Source of the DNA: an uncultured Oscillospiraceae bacterium
GTDB taxonomy: Bacteria > Bacillota > Clostridia > Oscillospirales > Ruminococcaceae
Direction of reading: 5' to 3'
DNA length: 33,333 nucleotides
Assembly: GCA_964466125.1 (NCBI GenBank)
Contig: CAYXRE010000005.1
Span: forward strand, 1-33,333
Shown: one piece after another, positions 16,615 to 27,963 of the stretch
How the letters are laid out: each line of letters begins with the position of its first letter
How positions within the stretch are numbered: the stretch's first letter is position 1
Made by a program: the position numbers and the translations under genes
The notes under the pieces: model-generated
Told to the model about the DNA's origin: nothing
The model's input: only the letters and a program-made list of their open reading frames with translations
The model's database searches: none

Positions 16615-17503
16615 CGACCTCGGTTTTTTGGAAAGCATGGACGACGCTCCCATTGTGTACGGTGCGCCGTTAAGCTCGATGACCGGCTTTCGCACCGGCG
16701 GCATGGCAAACACGGTTTACCCTCAAAACGAAAAGGCGTTTATCGACACGATTGCCGCACTGCGGGAGCATTCAATGAGCTTTTTTGTTCTTGGCAACGG
16801 CAGCAACGTTCTCGCGCTCGACGAGGGCTACGGCGGAGTTGTCGTAAAGACCGAAAAGGCGCTTTTCGGGATTGAGTTTAACGACGAAATCTGCCGCGTG
16901 CAGGCAGGAGTACCGCTTGCGAAGCTGTGCTTGGAGTGTATGGAGCGCGCGCTCAGCGGCTTGGAGTTTGCCTACGGCATTCCCGGCTCGCTCGGAGGCG
17001 CCGTCTACATGAACGCGGGTGCGTACGACGGAGAGATGAAGGACGTTGTAAAAAGCGTTCGAGTGCTTACGGGAGAAAACACCGTGCGCGAATTGAGCGC
17101 CGAGGAGATGGCTTTCACCTATCGCCGTTCCGCCGCTCAAAGCGAGGAGTATATAATCCTTTCCGCAGATTTGCAGCTTCACAGCGCAGAAAAGGAAGCC
17201 GTTCGAGCGAAGATGAACGAGCTATTGAGCCGTCGGCGGGAAAAGCAGCCGCTTGAGCTGCCAAGCTGCGGAAGCACCTTCAAACGCCCGTCCGGCTCCT
17301 ACGCTTCAAAGCTCATAGACGAATGCGGGCTGCGGGGAATGAGCGTGGGCGGCGCGCAGGTGAGCGAAAAGCACTGCGGCTTCATCGTGAACAAAGGCGG
17401 TGCAAGCTCCGGCGATATTCTTGAGCTGATAAAGCGAGTACAGAACGTTGTTAAAGACAAAACCGGCTTTATGCTGGAATGTGAAGTTCGCATATTGAAG
17501 TAG
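16607..17503 (+). CDS. murB: UDP-N-acetylenolpyruvoylglucosamine reductase
   Basis: FAD-binding region: TGFRTGGMANTVYPQNEKAFI...FFVLGNGSNVL. Substrate domain: PSCGSTFKRP and SEKHCGFIVN. The start at ATG 16607 has a GAGG SD and an ATGAATAA overlap with the hprK stop, so I prefer it to the track start at 16592. Confidence 0.92.
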   Translation: MNNDLGFLESMDDAPIVYGAPLSSMTGFRTGGMANTVYPQNEKAFIDTIAALREHSMSFFVLGNGSNVLALDEGYGGVVVKTEKALFGIEFNDEICRVQAGVPLAKLCLECMERALSGLEFAYGIPGSLGGAVYMNAGAYDGEMKDVVKSVRVLTGENTVRELSAEEMAFTYRRSAAQSEEYIILSADLQLHSAEKEAVRAKMNELLSRRREKQPLELPSCGSTFKRPSGSYASKLIDECGLRGMSVGGAQVSEKHCGFIVNKGGASSGDILELIKRVQNVVKDKTGFMLECEVRILK

Positions 17504-17516
17504 AAAGGAGCGCAGC

Positions 17517-18377
17517 ATGGAAGTATTGATTATAACCGGACTTTCCGGAGCCGGTAAGACGCAGGCGATCAATGCGCTTGAAGACATAGGCTTTTTTTGC
17601 ATTGACAATATGCCGCCGTCGCTCATACCGCGCTTCGCAGAGATGTCCGTGCAGCTGAACAAATACAACAACGTCGCAATAGTCACCGACGTCCGTACCG
17701 GAGAGTTTTTTAACGGCTTTTTTGACGCGCTTGAGGAGCTGAAGCGAATTAAAGTGCCGTGTAAAGTGCTTTTCCTTGAAGCGGACGACGATGTGCTGGA
17801 AAAGCGTTATCGTGCGACTCGCAGAAAGCACCCGCTTGCGACAAGCAATAACACATCGCTGAAAGAAGCAATCGCGGACGAGCGCAAAATGCTCAAACCT
17901 GTTTACGACATTGCGGATTATCACATCAATTCGACCTATCTTTCGGTCGCGCAGATGAAAGAGGAAATGCTCTCTCTTTTCATGAATGAGCCGAACACGT
18001 CGATTAAAATCCGCAGTATGTCCTTCGGCTTCAAATATGGCGTTCCGACCGAAGCCGACCTCATGCTGGACGTGCGCTGTCTGCCCAATCCTTTTTATGT
18101 CGAAGAACTTCGCGATAAAACAGGACTCAACACCGAAGTGAGCGACTATGTGTTCAAATGCGCGGATACAAATACGCTGCTGGAAAAGTTCTATGCTTTG
18201 GTGGATTTTCTGCTGCCGCTTTATAAAGCGGAGGGCAAGAGTCAGCTTATCATTGCCATCGGCTGCACGGGCGGAAAGCACCGTTCGGTGGCGATAGCGG
18301 AGGACCTGAGCCGCCATATCGGCGCGCTCGGATTTCAGTGCGGCACCATTCACCGCGACATCAATAAATTGATTTAG
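17517..18377 (+). CDS. rapZ: RNase adapter / nucleotide-binding protein RapZ (YvcJ)
   Basis: 286 aa. MEVLIITGLSGAGKTQAINALEDIGFFCIDNMP (Walker A), DVRCLPNPFY and GCTGGKHRSVAIAE. Confidence 0.93.
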   Translation: MEVLIITGLSGAGKTQAINALEDIGFFCIDNMPPSLIPRFAEMSVQLNKYNNVAIVTDVRTGEFFNGFFDALEELKRIKVPCKVLFLEADDDVLEKRYRATRRKHPLATSNNTSLKEAIADERKMLKPVYDIADYHINSTYLSVAQMKEEMLSLFMNEPNTSIKIRSMSFGFKYGVPTEADLMLDVRCLPNPFYVEELRDKTGLNTEVSDYVFKCADTNTLLEKFYALVDFLLPLYKAEGKSQLIIAIGCTGGKHRSVAIAEDLSRHIGALGFQCGTIHRDINKLI

Positions 18378-18386
18378 GGATACATA

Positions 18387-19295
18387 ATGACATTCTGCGC
18401 ACTGTGCAAAAAGGATATTTCCGAGAACCTTCCAGAGAAAAGCTGCTGCTGCGATGCGAAGCTATACGGAATGCTGCTTTTTTCAAAGGAATTCAGTACA
18501 AATGAAATACTCTGTTCGAGCGAGCATATCGACGTCATTACCTCGTTTGTATCACTGCTTCGGGATTTCGGCGTGAACGAGGACGATATACAGTTTTCAA
18601 GCGGTGTTCGGGACGCGTCGGCGAGAATCACAAACAAGGACGCAACCGAGCGCATACTGTCGGATTTCGGCTATTCCGGTGACGAGATGACCCTTCGAAT
18701 AAACCGCGAGAATCTTGTGTGCTCAAGCTGCGCGCAGAGTTTTATTGCGGGCTGCTTTTTGACAGGAGGGACGGTAACTTCGCCCGAAAGCGGCTATCAT
18801 CTTGAGTTTACCTCTTATCGAAAGAACCTTGTGGACGACCTTGAGCAGGTGCTGAAAAACGCCGGTTATCCGCCGCTTCGCTCGCAAAGAGGGTATTTGA
18901 AGGTGCTGTATTATAAAAACAGCTCGCAGATTGAGGACATACTCGCGTTCATGGGCGCGGTGGAATCCTCAATGGAGCTTATGAACACCAAGATACTGCG
19001 CGAGATAGTAAACGGAGTAAACCGCCGCACCAACTGTGAGAACGCGAACATCGACAAAAGCGTCAACGCGGCTGCCAACGACCGTGCGGACATTGAATTA
19101 ATCTATAAAAAGCTCGGGCGGGACGGCTTGCCCGACGAACTCGGCTCGCTTGCAGAGCTTCGGTTGGAGAACCCCGATCTTACGATAGCCGAGCTCGGAG
19201 AGCTGCTCGAGCACAAGCTGACCAAGTCGGGAGTGAATCACAGACTGCGGCGCATTCGCGCCTTGGCGGCGTCCTTGAGAGAAAGCGAAGCATAA
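18387..19295 (+). CDS. whiA: DNA-binding sporulation / cell-division regulator WhiA
   Basis: 302 aa. The N-terminal region has the CC..AKL motif (KSCCCDAKLYGMLLF). A degenerate LAGLIDADG-type middle domain is present. The C-terminal HTH is TIAELGELLEHKLTKSGVNHRLRRI. Confidence 0.9.
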   Translation: MTFCALCKKDISENLPEKSCCCDAKLYGMLLFSKEFSTNEILCSSEHIDVITSFVSLLRDFGVNEDDIQFSSGVRDASARITNKDATERILSDFGYSGDEMTLRINRENLVCSSCAQSFIAGCFLTGGTVTSPESGYHLEFTSYRKNLVDDLEQVLKNAGYPPLRSQRGYLKVLYYKNSSQIEDILAFMGAVESSMELMNTKILREIVNGVNRRTNCENANIDKSVNAAANDRADIELIYKKLGRDGLPDELGSLAELRLENPDLTIAELGELLEHKLTKSGVNHRLRRIRALAASLRESEA

Positions 19296-19296
19296 C

Positions 19297-22200
19297 GTGG
19301 ATAATTCCGATTTTGTTCATCTTCATCTTCATACCGAATACAGCCTGCTGGACGGTGCGTGCCGAATAGAAAGGCTGATGGAAAAAATCAAGTCGCTCGG
19401 GCAGACCGCCGTCGCCATAACCGACCACGGCGTTATGTTCGGGTGTGTTGATTTTTATAAGGCCGCAAAGAAGGCGGGAATAAAGCCGATTATCGGCTGC
19501 GAGGCTTATGTTGCGGCGAGAACGCGCTTTGACAAAGAGCACCGTATCGACACCTCATCCTATCATCTTATACTGCTGTGCAAAAACGAAACCGGCTATC
19601 GCAATCTCACCAAGCTCATCAGCTTTGCGAACACCGAGGGCTTTTACGTCAAGCCGAGAATCGACCATGAACTGCTCAAGCAGTACCATGAGGGTCTGAT
19701 ATGCCTGTCCGCGTGTCTTGCGGGCGAGATACCCCAAGCGCTGCTCTCGGGGGATTATGAGCGCGCGAGAGAGACGGCGCTGTTTTATAAGGGGCTGTTC
19801 GATGAAGGCGACTATTACATCGAGATTCAGGATCACGGCATAGAAGAACAGCAGCGCATACTGCCCGACCTCATACGCCTTTCGCGCGAACTTGACATAC
19901 CGCTCGCTGCGACAAACGACTGTCATTACATTGAAAAAGAAGACAGCGCCATGCAGCACGCGCTCATCTGCGTGCAGACCAACCATACCTTCGATGACGA
20001 CGACGTGCTCGAATTCAAGACAGAGAATTTTTATGTGCGTTCGACACAGGAGATGTATGACATATTCTCGCTCGTGCCCGAGGCGGTGTCAAACACCGCG
20101 AAGATTGCAGAGCGCTGCAACTACGACTTTGTTTTCGGCGATACCAAGCTGCCATATTTCGAAACGCCGGACAAAAGCGACAACCTGAGCTTTTTCAAGC
20201 GCCTTTGCACCGACGGGCTTCGTCGTCACTACGGCGAAACACCTGATAAAGCGATAGCCGAACGACTTGAGTACGAGATGGGCGTTATCGAGCAGATGGG
20301 CTATGTGAACTACTTTTTGATTGTCTGGGACTTCATAAATTTTGCAAAAAGCAAGAAGATTCCGGTCGGACCCGGGCGCGGCTCGGGTGCTGGGAGCATC
20401 TGCGCTTACTGCATGGGCATCACAGACGTTGACCCGATAAAGTACAACCTGCTGTTTGAGCGCTTTCTCAACCCCGACCGCGTGAGTATGCCGGACTTCG
20501 ACATCGACTTTTGCTATGAGCGCCGTCCCGAAGTAATAAATTATGTCGTAAATAAATACACTCCCAGCCATGTCGCTCAGATTATTACCTTCGGCACTAT
20601 GGCTGCGCGCGCCGCCGTGCGTGACATCGGACGCGTGCTTGCCATGCCCTACGCGCAGGTGGACGCGACCGCCAAGCTGATTCCGCAGGAGCCGGGAATG
20701 ACCATTGACAAGGCGCTCAAAATGAGCACCGAGCTGCGCGAGCTTTACAACAGCGACGAAGCGGTAAAGAAGCTTATTGATATGTCGCTGAAAGTTGAGG
20801 GAATGCCTCGGCACGCCTCAACGCACGCCGCTGGCGTGGTCATAACCCGCGACGAGGTCAGCGACTACGTTCCGCTTTATAAAAACGACGAACAAACGGT
20901 CACGCAGTACACCATGACCACGCTTGAGGAGCTGGGGCTTCTCAAAATGGACTTTCTCGGGCTTCGCACTCTCACGGTCATCGACGACACCGAAAAGGCG
21001 ATAAAGCGCGCCGACCCGAGCTTTTCGCTGGACTCGATTTCCTATGAGGACCCCAAGGTGTTCGATATGCTCGCCGCGGGCTTGACGCAGGGGGTTTTTC
21101 AGTTCGAATCGGGCGGAATGCGTCAGGTACTCGTCAATCTGCGTCCGGTCAACGTCGAGGACCTGATAGCGGTCATTTCGCTTTACCGCCCGGGACCCAT
21201 GGACTCGATTCCGACCTACATCGAAAACCGTCATCACCCCGAAAAGATACGCTACAAGCACCCGCTGCTCGAGCCGATTTTGAGCGTCACAAACGGCTGC
21301 ATCGTATACCAAGAGCAGGTAATGCAGATTTTCCGCGCACTCGCGGGTTTCTCATACGGACAGGCGGACATCGTTCGCCGCGCCATGTCCAAAAAGAAAC
21401 ACGCGGTCATGGAGCAAAAGGGAAAGGAGTTCATTGAGGGCGCAAAGAAGAACGGCGTTCCCGAAAACGTCGCAAGCGATATTTATGCGGATATGGCGAG
21501 CTTCGGCTCCTATGCGTTCAACAAATCGCATGCCGCCGCCTATGCGATAGTCGCCTATCGTACGGCGTATTTGAAGTGCCATTATCCCGTTGAATTCATG
21601 GCATCGCTTCTCACAAGCGTGCTCGACAACACCGACAAGGTCATCGAATACATCGCGGAGTGCAACAATCTTCACATAAAAGTGTTGCCGCCGGATATAA
21701 ACATAAGCTACAATGGGTTCACGGTGGACGGAGATTCCATTCGCTTCGGGCTGCTTGCGATAAAGAGCGTCGGGCGAAACCTGATTAGCTCGATTATCTC
21801 ACAGCGCAGTCAAAATGGTCCTTTCAAATCCTTTTTGGATTTTTGCGAGCGTACCTATTCAACCGAGCTCAACAAGCGCGCACTCGAAAGCCTGATTAAG
21901 TGCGGTGCGTTCGACAGCTTCGGCGTAAATCGCCAAAGCATGGTTTGCGGCATGGACGGCGTGTTGAGCAACATTGAAGGCGAAAGCCGGCAGAATGTTG
22001 AAGGTCAGCTGAATCTGTTTGACTCCGGCTCGGAGAGCAAAAAGCACGAGGCGGTGCTGCCGCAGCTCAAAGAATACGAGCAAAACGAGCTGCTTAGATA
22101 CGAAAAAGAACTCACCGGTCTCTATCTTTCCAGTCACCCACTTGCGCAGTATGCAGAGTACTCCAAGAAATACATCAAAAACACCATTCGAGAGCTGACG

Positions 22201-22800
22201 TCGGAGGAATCGACGCGGCTGGACAACAAATACGTCGTGTTGCTCGCGAGCATTTCATCGGTGCGAATCAAGATAACCAAACGCAACGAGACGATGGCGT
22301 TCGTCATGCTTGAGGACATGAGCGGTATGATGGAGATGCTCGTGTTTCCGAAAACGCTCGAAAAATACTCGCATCTTCTCAAGGAGAACGGTATAATCGT
22401 TGTAAGGGGAAGGGTGAGCGTCAAGGAGGACGAGGACAACAAGCTCAGCTGCGAGGAGATTTACGAGCCGCAGCAATATGTCCGCGAGCGCGGCAGTTCG
22501 GCTTATCAAAAAAGCACGGCACGGACAAGACGGGAGAATCCGCAGCCTGTGCCCAGTGCGCAAAGCCCTGCCGAGCGAAAGCTGTATCTTCGCTTTGAAA
22601 GCGAATCGGACGAGCGTATCGTACGCGCAAAGGCACTGCTTGAAATATTCGACGGCGCAGTTGAGGTGCATTTCTTTTATAAGAACACGAGGAAAAACAT
22701 CGTTTGTCCCGCAAAGCTGCGAACCGACTGCGGCGATCGGGTTTTGAGAGAATTAGGCTCACTGCTCGGAAAAGAAAACGTAATTGTAATCGATAAGTAA
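19297..22800 (+). CDS. dnaE: DNA polymerase III alpha subunit (DnaE type)
   Basis: 1167 aa with a GTG start 1 nt after the whiA stop. The PHP domain starts FVHLHLHTEYSLLDGA. Other landmarks are GPGRGSGAGS, PDFDIDF, FNKSHAAAYA and a C-terminal OB-fold region. Confidence 0.95.
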   Translation: MDNSDFVHLHLHTEYSLLDGACRIERLMEKIKSLGQTAVAITDHGVMFGCVDFYKAAKKAGIKPIIGCEAYVAARTRFDKEHRIDTSSYHLILLCKNETGYRNLTKLISFANTEGFYVKPRIDHELLKQYHEGLICLSACLAGEIPQALLSGDYERARETALFYKGLFDEGDYYIEIQDHGIEEQQRILPDLIRLSRELDIPLAATNDCHYIEKEDSAMQHALICVQTNHTFDDDDVLEFKTENFYVRSTQEMYDIFSLVPEAVSNTAKIAERCNYDFVFGDTKLPYFETPDKSDNLSFFKRLCTDGLRRHYGETPDKAIAERLEYEMGVIEQMGYVNYFLIVWDFINFAKSKKIPVGPGRGSGAGSICAYCMGITDVDPIKYNLLFERFLNPDRVSMPDFDIDFCYERRPEVINYVVNKYTPSHVAQIITFGTMAARAAVRDIGRVLAMPYAQVDATAKLIPQEPGMTIDKALKMSTELRELYNSDEAVKKLIDMSLKVEGMPRHASTHAAGVVITRDEVSDYVPLYKNDEQTVTQYTMTTLEELGLLKMDFLGLRTLTVIDDTEKAIKRADPSFSLDSISYEDPKVFDMLAAGLTQGVFQFESGGMRQVLVNLRPVNVEDLIAVISLYRPGPMDSIPTYIENRHHPEKIRYKHPLLEPILSVTNGCIVYQEQVMQIFRALAGFSYGQADIVRRAMSKKKHAVMEQKGKEFIEGAKKNGVPENVASDIYADMASFGSYAFNKSHAAAYAIVAYRTAYLKCHYPVEFMASLLTSVLDNTDKVIEYIAECNNLHIKVLPPDINISYNGFTVDGDSIRFGLLAIKSVGRNLISSIISQRSQNGPFKSFLDFCERTYSTELNKRALESLIKCGAFDSFGVNRQSMVCGMDGVLSNIEGESRQNVEGQLNLFDSGSESKKHEAVLPQLKEYEQNELLRYEKELTGLYLSSHPLAQYAEYSKKYIKNTIRELTSEESTRLDNKYVVLLASISSVRIKITKRNETMAFVMLEDMSGMMEMLVFPKTLEKYSHLLKENGIIVVRGRVSVKEDEDNKLSCEEIYEPQQYVRERGSSAYQKSTARTRRENPQPVPSAQSPAERKLYLRFESESDERIVRAKALLEIFDGAVEVHFFYKNTRKNIVCPAKLRTDCGDRVLRELGSLLGKENVIVIDK

Positions 22801-22815
22801 ATCGGAGGGAATTGT

Positions 22816-23796
22816 ATGTCAGGCAAAAACACAAAGAAAACCATCGGAATACTCACAAGCGGCGGCGACGCGCCGGGAATGAACGCGGCAATACGTGCGG
22901 TCTGCCGTGCGGCGCTGTTCAAGGATATGCGTGTAATCGGCGTGCGTCGCGGCTATAACGGTCTGATAACCGGCGATATGTTCGAGATGAACATACGCAG
23001 CGTATCCGAAATAATCCACCGCGGCGGCACCATTCTATACACCGACAGATGTCTGGAGTTCCAGACGCCCGAAGGGGTCGAGAAAGCCAAGCAGACCTGC
23101 TTGGAGCACAAGATTGACGGACTGGTCACAATCGGCGGAGACGGCACCTTCCGCGGCGCTCGCGACCTTTGCAACGCCGGAATCCCGTGCATCGGAATTC
23201 CCGGAACAATCGACAACGATATAGCTTGCAGCGATTATACAATCGGCTTTGACACGGCGCTGAACACCGCAATGGAAATGGTCGATAAGCTGCGTGACAC
23301 AACGCAGTCTCACAACCGCTGCAGCGTGGTCGAGGTCATGGGACACAAGTCCGGCTATCTTGCACTCAACGTCGGCGTTTCCTGCGGCGCACTTGTAATC
23401 ATAGTGCCCGAATTCAGCTTCGACCTCGAAAAGGACATAGTCGAGCGCATGCTTCACACGCAAAGCACCGGAAAGCGCCATTTCATCATCGTCATCGCCG
23501 AGGGCTGCGGCAGCGCTTACGAGCTTGCAAAAGCTATCGAGGAGCGCACCGGCATCATAACCCGCGCGACGATACTCGGTCACGTTCAGCGCGGCGGCAG
23601 CCCCACTAACCGTGACCGCGTAATGGCGAGCAACATGGGCTTCCATGCGGTCAATCTGCTCGAAAAGGGCGCAAGCAACCGCGTTGTCGCTTTCAAAAAC
23701 GGCATAATCACCGACTTCGACATCACCGAAGCGCTTGAGATGAAGAAATCCATTGATATGAACCTGCTTCGTATGTCCGAGATGATTTCCATCTGA
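22816..23796 (+). CDS. pfkA: ATP-dependent 6-phosphofructokinase
   Basis: 326 aa. IGILTSGGDAPGMNAAIRAV, IGGDGTFRGA, PGTIDNDI and LGHVQRGGSPT. A GGAGGG SD is present. Confidence 0.95.
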   Translation: MSGKNTKKTIGILTSGGDAPGMNAAIRAVCRAALFKDMRVIGVRRGYNGLITGDMFEMNIRSVSEIIHRGGTILYTDRCLEFQTPEGVEKAKQTCLEHKIDGLVTIGGDGTFRGARDLCNAGIPCIGIPGTIDNDIACSDYTIGFDTALNTAMEMVDKLRDTTQSHNRCSVVEVMGHKSGYLALNVGVSCGALVIIVPEFSFDLEKDIVERMLHTQSTGKRHFIIVIAEGCGSAYELAKAIEERTGIITRATILGHVQRGGSPTNRDRVMASNMGFHAVNLLEKGASNRVVAFKNGIITDFDITEALEMKKSIDMNLLRMSEMISI

Positions 23797-23814
23797 CAAA
23801 TAAGAAATGCTGAT

Positions 23815-23849
23815 AAGCCCCCGAAATGGCAGATGCCATGCGGGGGCTT
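23815..23849 (+). terminator. Putative intrinsic terminator after pfkA
   Basis: AAGCCCCCG (23815..23823) pairs with CGGGGGCTT (23841..23849). An inner TGGC/GCCA pairing extends the stem. The T-tract (TTT) is short. Confidence 0.5.
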
Positions 23850-23850
23850 T

Positions 23851-23879
23851 GCACATTGTCTTACGGGAGCGAATATACT
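23851..23879 (+). promoter_or_regulatory. Candidate sigma-E-type (mother-cell) promoter for yunB
   Basis: GCACATT (23851..23857), a 14-nt spacer, then AATATACT (23872..23879). I compared this with the B. subtilis sigma-E consensus as I remember it (about xHATAxx-14-CATACAHT). The match is partial and the consensus is from memory. Confidence 0.25.
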
Positions 23880-23898
23880 TTCGTAAGGCGGTGAGATT

Positions 23899-24537
23899 AT
23901 GCGAAAGGAAATGGGCAGACGCAGAAAGGGCAGAATGACGGTACTTGTGGTTTGCGTGCTGCTTTTCACGCTTGGCGCATATTTCACAAGCAACAATCTC
24001 GAACCGGTACTTGAGACTGCTTGCGCGAACGAAGCAAGGATTCTGTGCAACTCGGCGCTCAACCGCTCGCTTGAGCTCAAGCTCGAGCAGATAAACGCAC
24101 AATGCGCCGACTTGATAATCGTCAAGCGAGACTCATTAGGGCAGATAACGACGCTTGAGACAAACTCGGTTGAGGTCAACAAGCTGCAAGCTATGTTGAG
24201 CGAAGCGGTGAATGACGAGCTTCAGAAAACGACTGAGCAGACCGTCAGCATACCGCTCGGGACGTTGACGGGAATACAGCTGCTCTCGGGCAAGGGACCC
24301 AAAATCGATTTTCTTGCCTCGATGTACTCCCATGTCGGCACCGACATCTCAAACAGCTTCGATACCGCGGGAATCAATCAGACGCGGCATCAGGTAATCA
24401 TAACCTTTGATATCTCTATGACGGCGCTGCTCGCGGATTACTCGACCACGGTGAATGTGACAAATGACGTATGCATTGCAGAGACGATTATCGTCGGAAC
24501 AGTTCCGCAGACCTTCGCGGATATTAATTCTCCATAA
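23899..24537 (+). CDS. yunB: Sporulation protein YunB
   Basis: 212 aa with a basic N-terminus and a TM (VLVVCVLLFTLGAYF). It is collinear with YunB: IPLGTLTGIQLLSGKGPKI...GINQTRHQVIITFDISMTALL...ETIIVGTVPQTF. Confidence 0.8.
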   Translation: MRKEMGRRRKGRMTVLVVCVLLFTLGAYFTSNNLEPVLETACANEARILCNSALNRSLELKLEQINAQCADLIIVKRDSLGQITTLETNSVEVNKLQAMLSEAVNDELQKTTEQTVSIPLGTLTGIQLLSGKGPKIDFLASMYSHVGTDISNSFDTAGINQTRHQVIITFDISMTALLADYSTTVNVTNDVCIAETIIVGTVPQTFADINSP

Positions 24538-24580
24538 ATGGAATTTTGTGCGGCAAAACGACCTCGTGCGCGCGTGTTTA

Positions 24581-26601
<2,021 letters not shown>

Positions 26602-26627
26602 CATTTTGCATAACGAATAAACAAAAA

Positions 26628-26662
26628 CCGTCCGTTCTCACCCATTGAGTGAAAGCGGACGG
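26628..26662. terminator. Putative bidirectional terminator between convergent ligA and the phosphoesterase gene
   Basis: CCGTCCG (26628..26634) pairs with CGGACGG (26656..26662). Inner TCAC/GTGA pairing extends the stem. The hairpin is flanked by AAACAAAAA upstream and CTTTGCTT downstream, so each strand has a T-rich tail. Confidence 0.5.
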
Positions 26663-26712
26663 CTTTGCTTATGTATTATACTTTTGGCGGCTGAAACGGG
26701 GATAGTATCCCT

Positions 26713-26991
26713 TTATTCGGAAATCCGGGCAGTCTTGATTTTCTTGAGCCGACGCTTTTTAATAATGTGTCTTACTAAAAACACAAGAAACACCAACAGA
26801 AGAACAATAAGTATAACAGCGACAATCAAGCATTGCATGAACATCGCGCCTTTAGTCGAGATGATTTCGTCGGTGGAGGGGTTTTGCACGATGTCTTTGT
26901 AGTACAGCATTTCTGTTTTGTAATCCTCAGGCGAGTTTTCGCTGACCGTAATCAGACGAGTGCCGTGGTCATCGCCGTTGCCGTAGATAAA
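26713..26991 (-). pseudogene. Out-of-frame C-terminal remainder of the metallophosphoesterase (last fold elements plus a C-terminal TM anchor)
   Basis: This is the +1 frame relative to ORF 26969..27943. It reads (F)IYGNGDDHGTRLITVSENSPEDYKTEMLYYKD...CLIVAVILIVLLLVFLVFLVRHIIKKRRLKK. The G.YG....G.R.I.. segment is the expected continuation after GHDH...AGCGF in calcineurin-like phosphoesterases. Confidence 0.7.
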
Positions 26992-27943
26992 AGAACCCAC
27001 AGCCCGCAGTTGCAACGAGGTCAATGCCGTCCAACTCTCCGACATAGTCGTTTACATGGTCGTGTCCGAAGAACGCGGCAACGACGTCGCCGCAGGACTT
27101 CCACACATCAAACTCACCGCTGTTGACCGAAGATGGGCAGGGAGCTTCTCCCAATGAGCCTTCCCGTATGAACTGGGGGTTCGCGACATAATACTTTCCG
27201 TTCATCTCAACGGCGTTCTCCGTGTCCTGCGGCACTTCCGAAAGCATTTCGCAGACCTCTGGAACCGGAATATGCTGAAAGACAAAGGAGGGGACCGGTT
27301 TGGAACCGTTTCTCTTTGCGAGTGCGGCGCTTTCGTCTTTATACCATTCAAGTTGGTCTGCCGCTACGTTGCCGTAGCCGCTGTGTGACACGTCCTCGTA
27401 TGTTCCGCTGTCCAAGAACCAGAGGTTGAGCGCATCTCTCGAACCGTCTGAGCTTTTGACAACAAGGTTGTAGTTGCCGCAGCCTGTGAGAGTCGGGTCT
27501 TCGTCGCTTGCAAGACAGCCTTCATAGGAGCGATAGAGGTTCATTTGGTATTCCTTGCTTACGCCGCTTTCGTCATCGTGATTGCCGAAAACGAGCGCAA
27601 AGGGAATATTACGCTCGACAATGGGCTGCACAATGCAGTCGATTGCCTTTGCCGCGCGGCGCTCGACGCCGATAACCGCGGGTCCGTGTATATTATCGCC
27701 GAGCAAAACCACCAAGTCCGGCTGCGCCTTGTCGAGTGAAGCCTCGAGAAGGCGCAGCATTTCTTTTTGCGGCTCATCGGTGTCCTGTGTGTCGGCAACA
27801 ATGAGGATTTTGAATTCGCCGTTGCTCTCAAAGCGCAAATCGCTGTTCACGGCGGCGCTCGCGTTCGGAGCAAGCATTATGAAAAAAGACAGCAGCGTCA
27901 CAAGCAAGCTTGCGAATATGCGCAGAGGTTTTTTGTTATGCAT
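26969..27943 (-). CDS. Secreted calcineurin-like metallophosphoesterase, truncated by a frameshift near its 3' end
   Basis: 324-aa ORF with a signal peptide (LRIFASLLVTLLSFFIMLAPNASA). The metallophosphoesterase motifs appear in order: VADTQD, LLGDN, FGNHD, FQHIP, FGHDH. The frame then ends in the nonsense tail FYLRQRR*. An AAGGAAG SD is upstream. Confidence 0.85.
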   Translation of the reverse strand: MHNKKPLRIFASLLVTLLSFFIMLAPNASAAVNSDLRFESNGEFKILIVADTQDTDEPQKEMLRLLEASLDKAQPDLVVLLGDNIHGPAVIGVERRAAKAIDCIVQPIVERNIPFALVFGNHDDESGVSKEYQMNLYRSYEGCLASDEDPTLTGCGNYNLVVKSSDGSRDALNLWFLDSGTYEDVSHSGYGNVAADQLEWYKDESAALAKRNGSKPVPSFVFQHIPVPEVCEMLSEVPQDTENAVEMNGKYYVANPQFIREGSLGEAPCPSSVNSGEFDVWKSCGDVVAAFFGHDHVNDYVGELDGIDLVATAGCGFFYLRQRR

Positions 27944-27963
27944 AGTGCTTCCTTGGTTTTACG

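Noticed and set aside
17469-18353. 294-aa minus-strand ORF
   Set aside because: It is antisense to rapZ, whose Walker A and GCTGGKHRS motifs are unambiguous. This is a shadow ORF.
26645-26902. 85-aa plus-strand ORF after ligA
   Set aside because: It starts inside the terminator hairpin and overlaps the C-terminal TM-anchor fragment of the phosphoesterase on the other strand. It has no SD.
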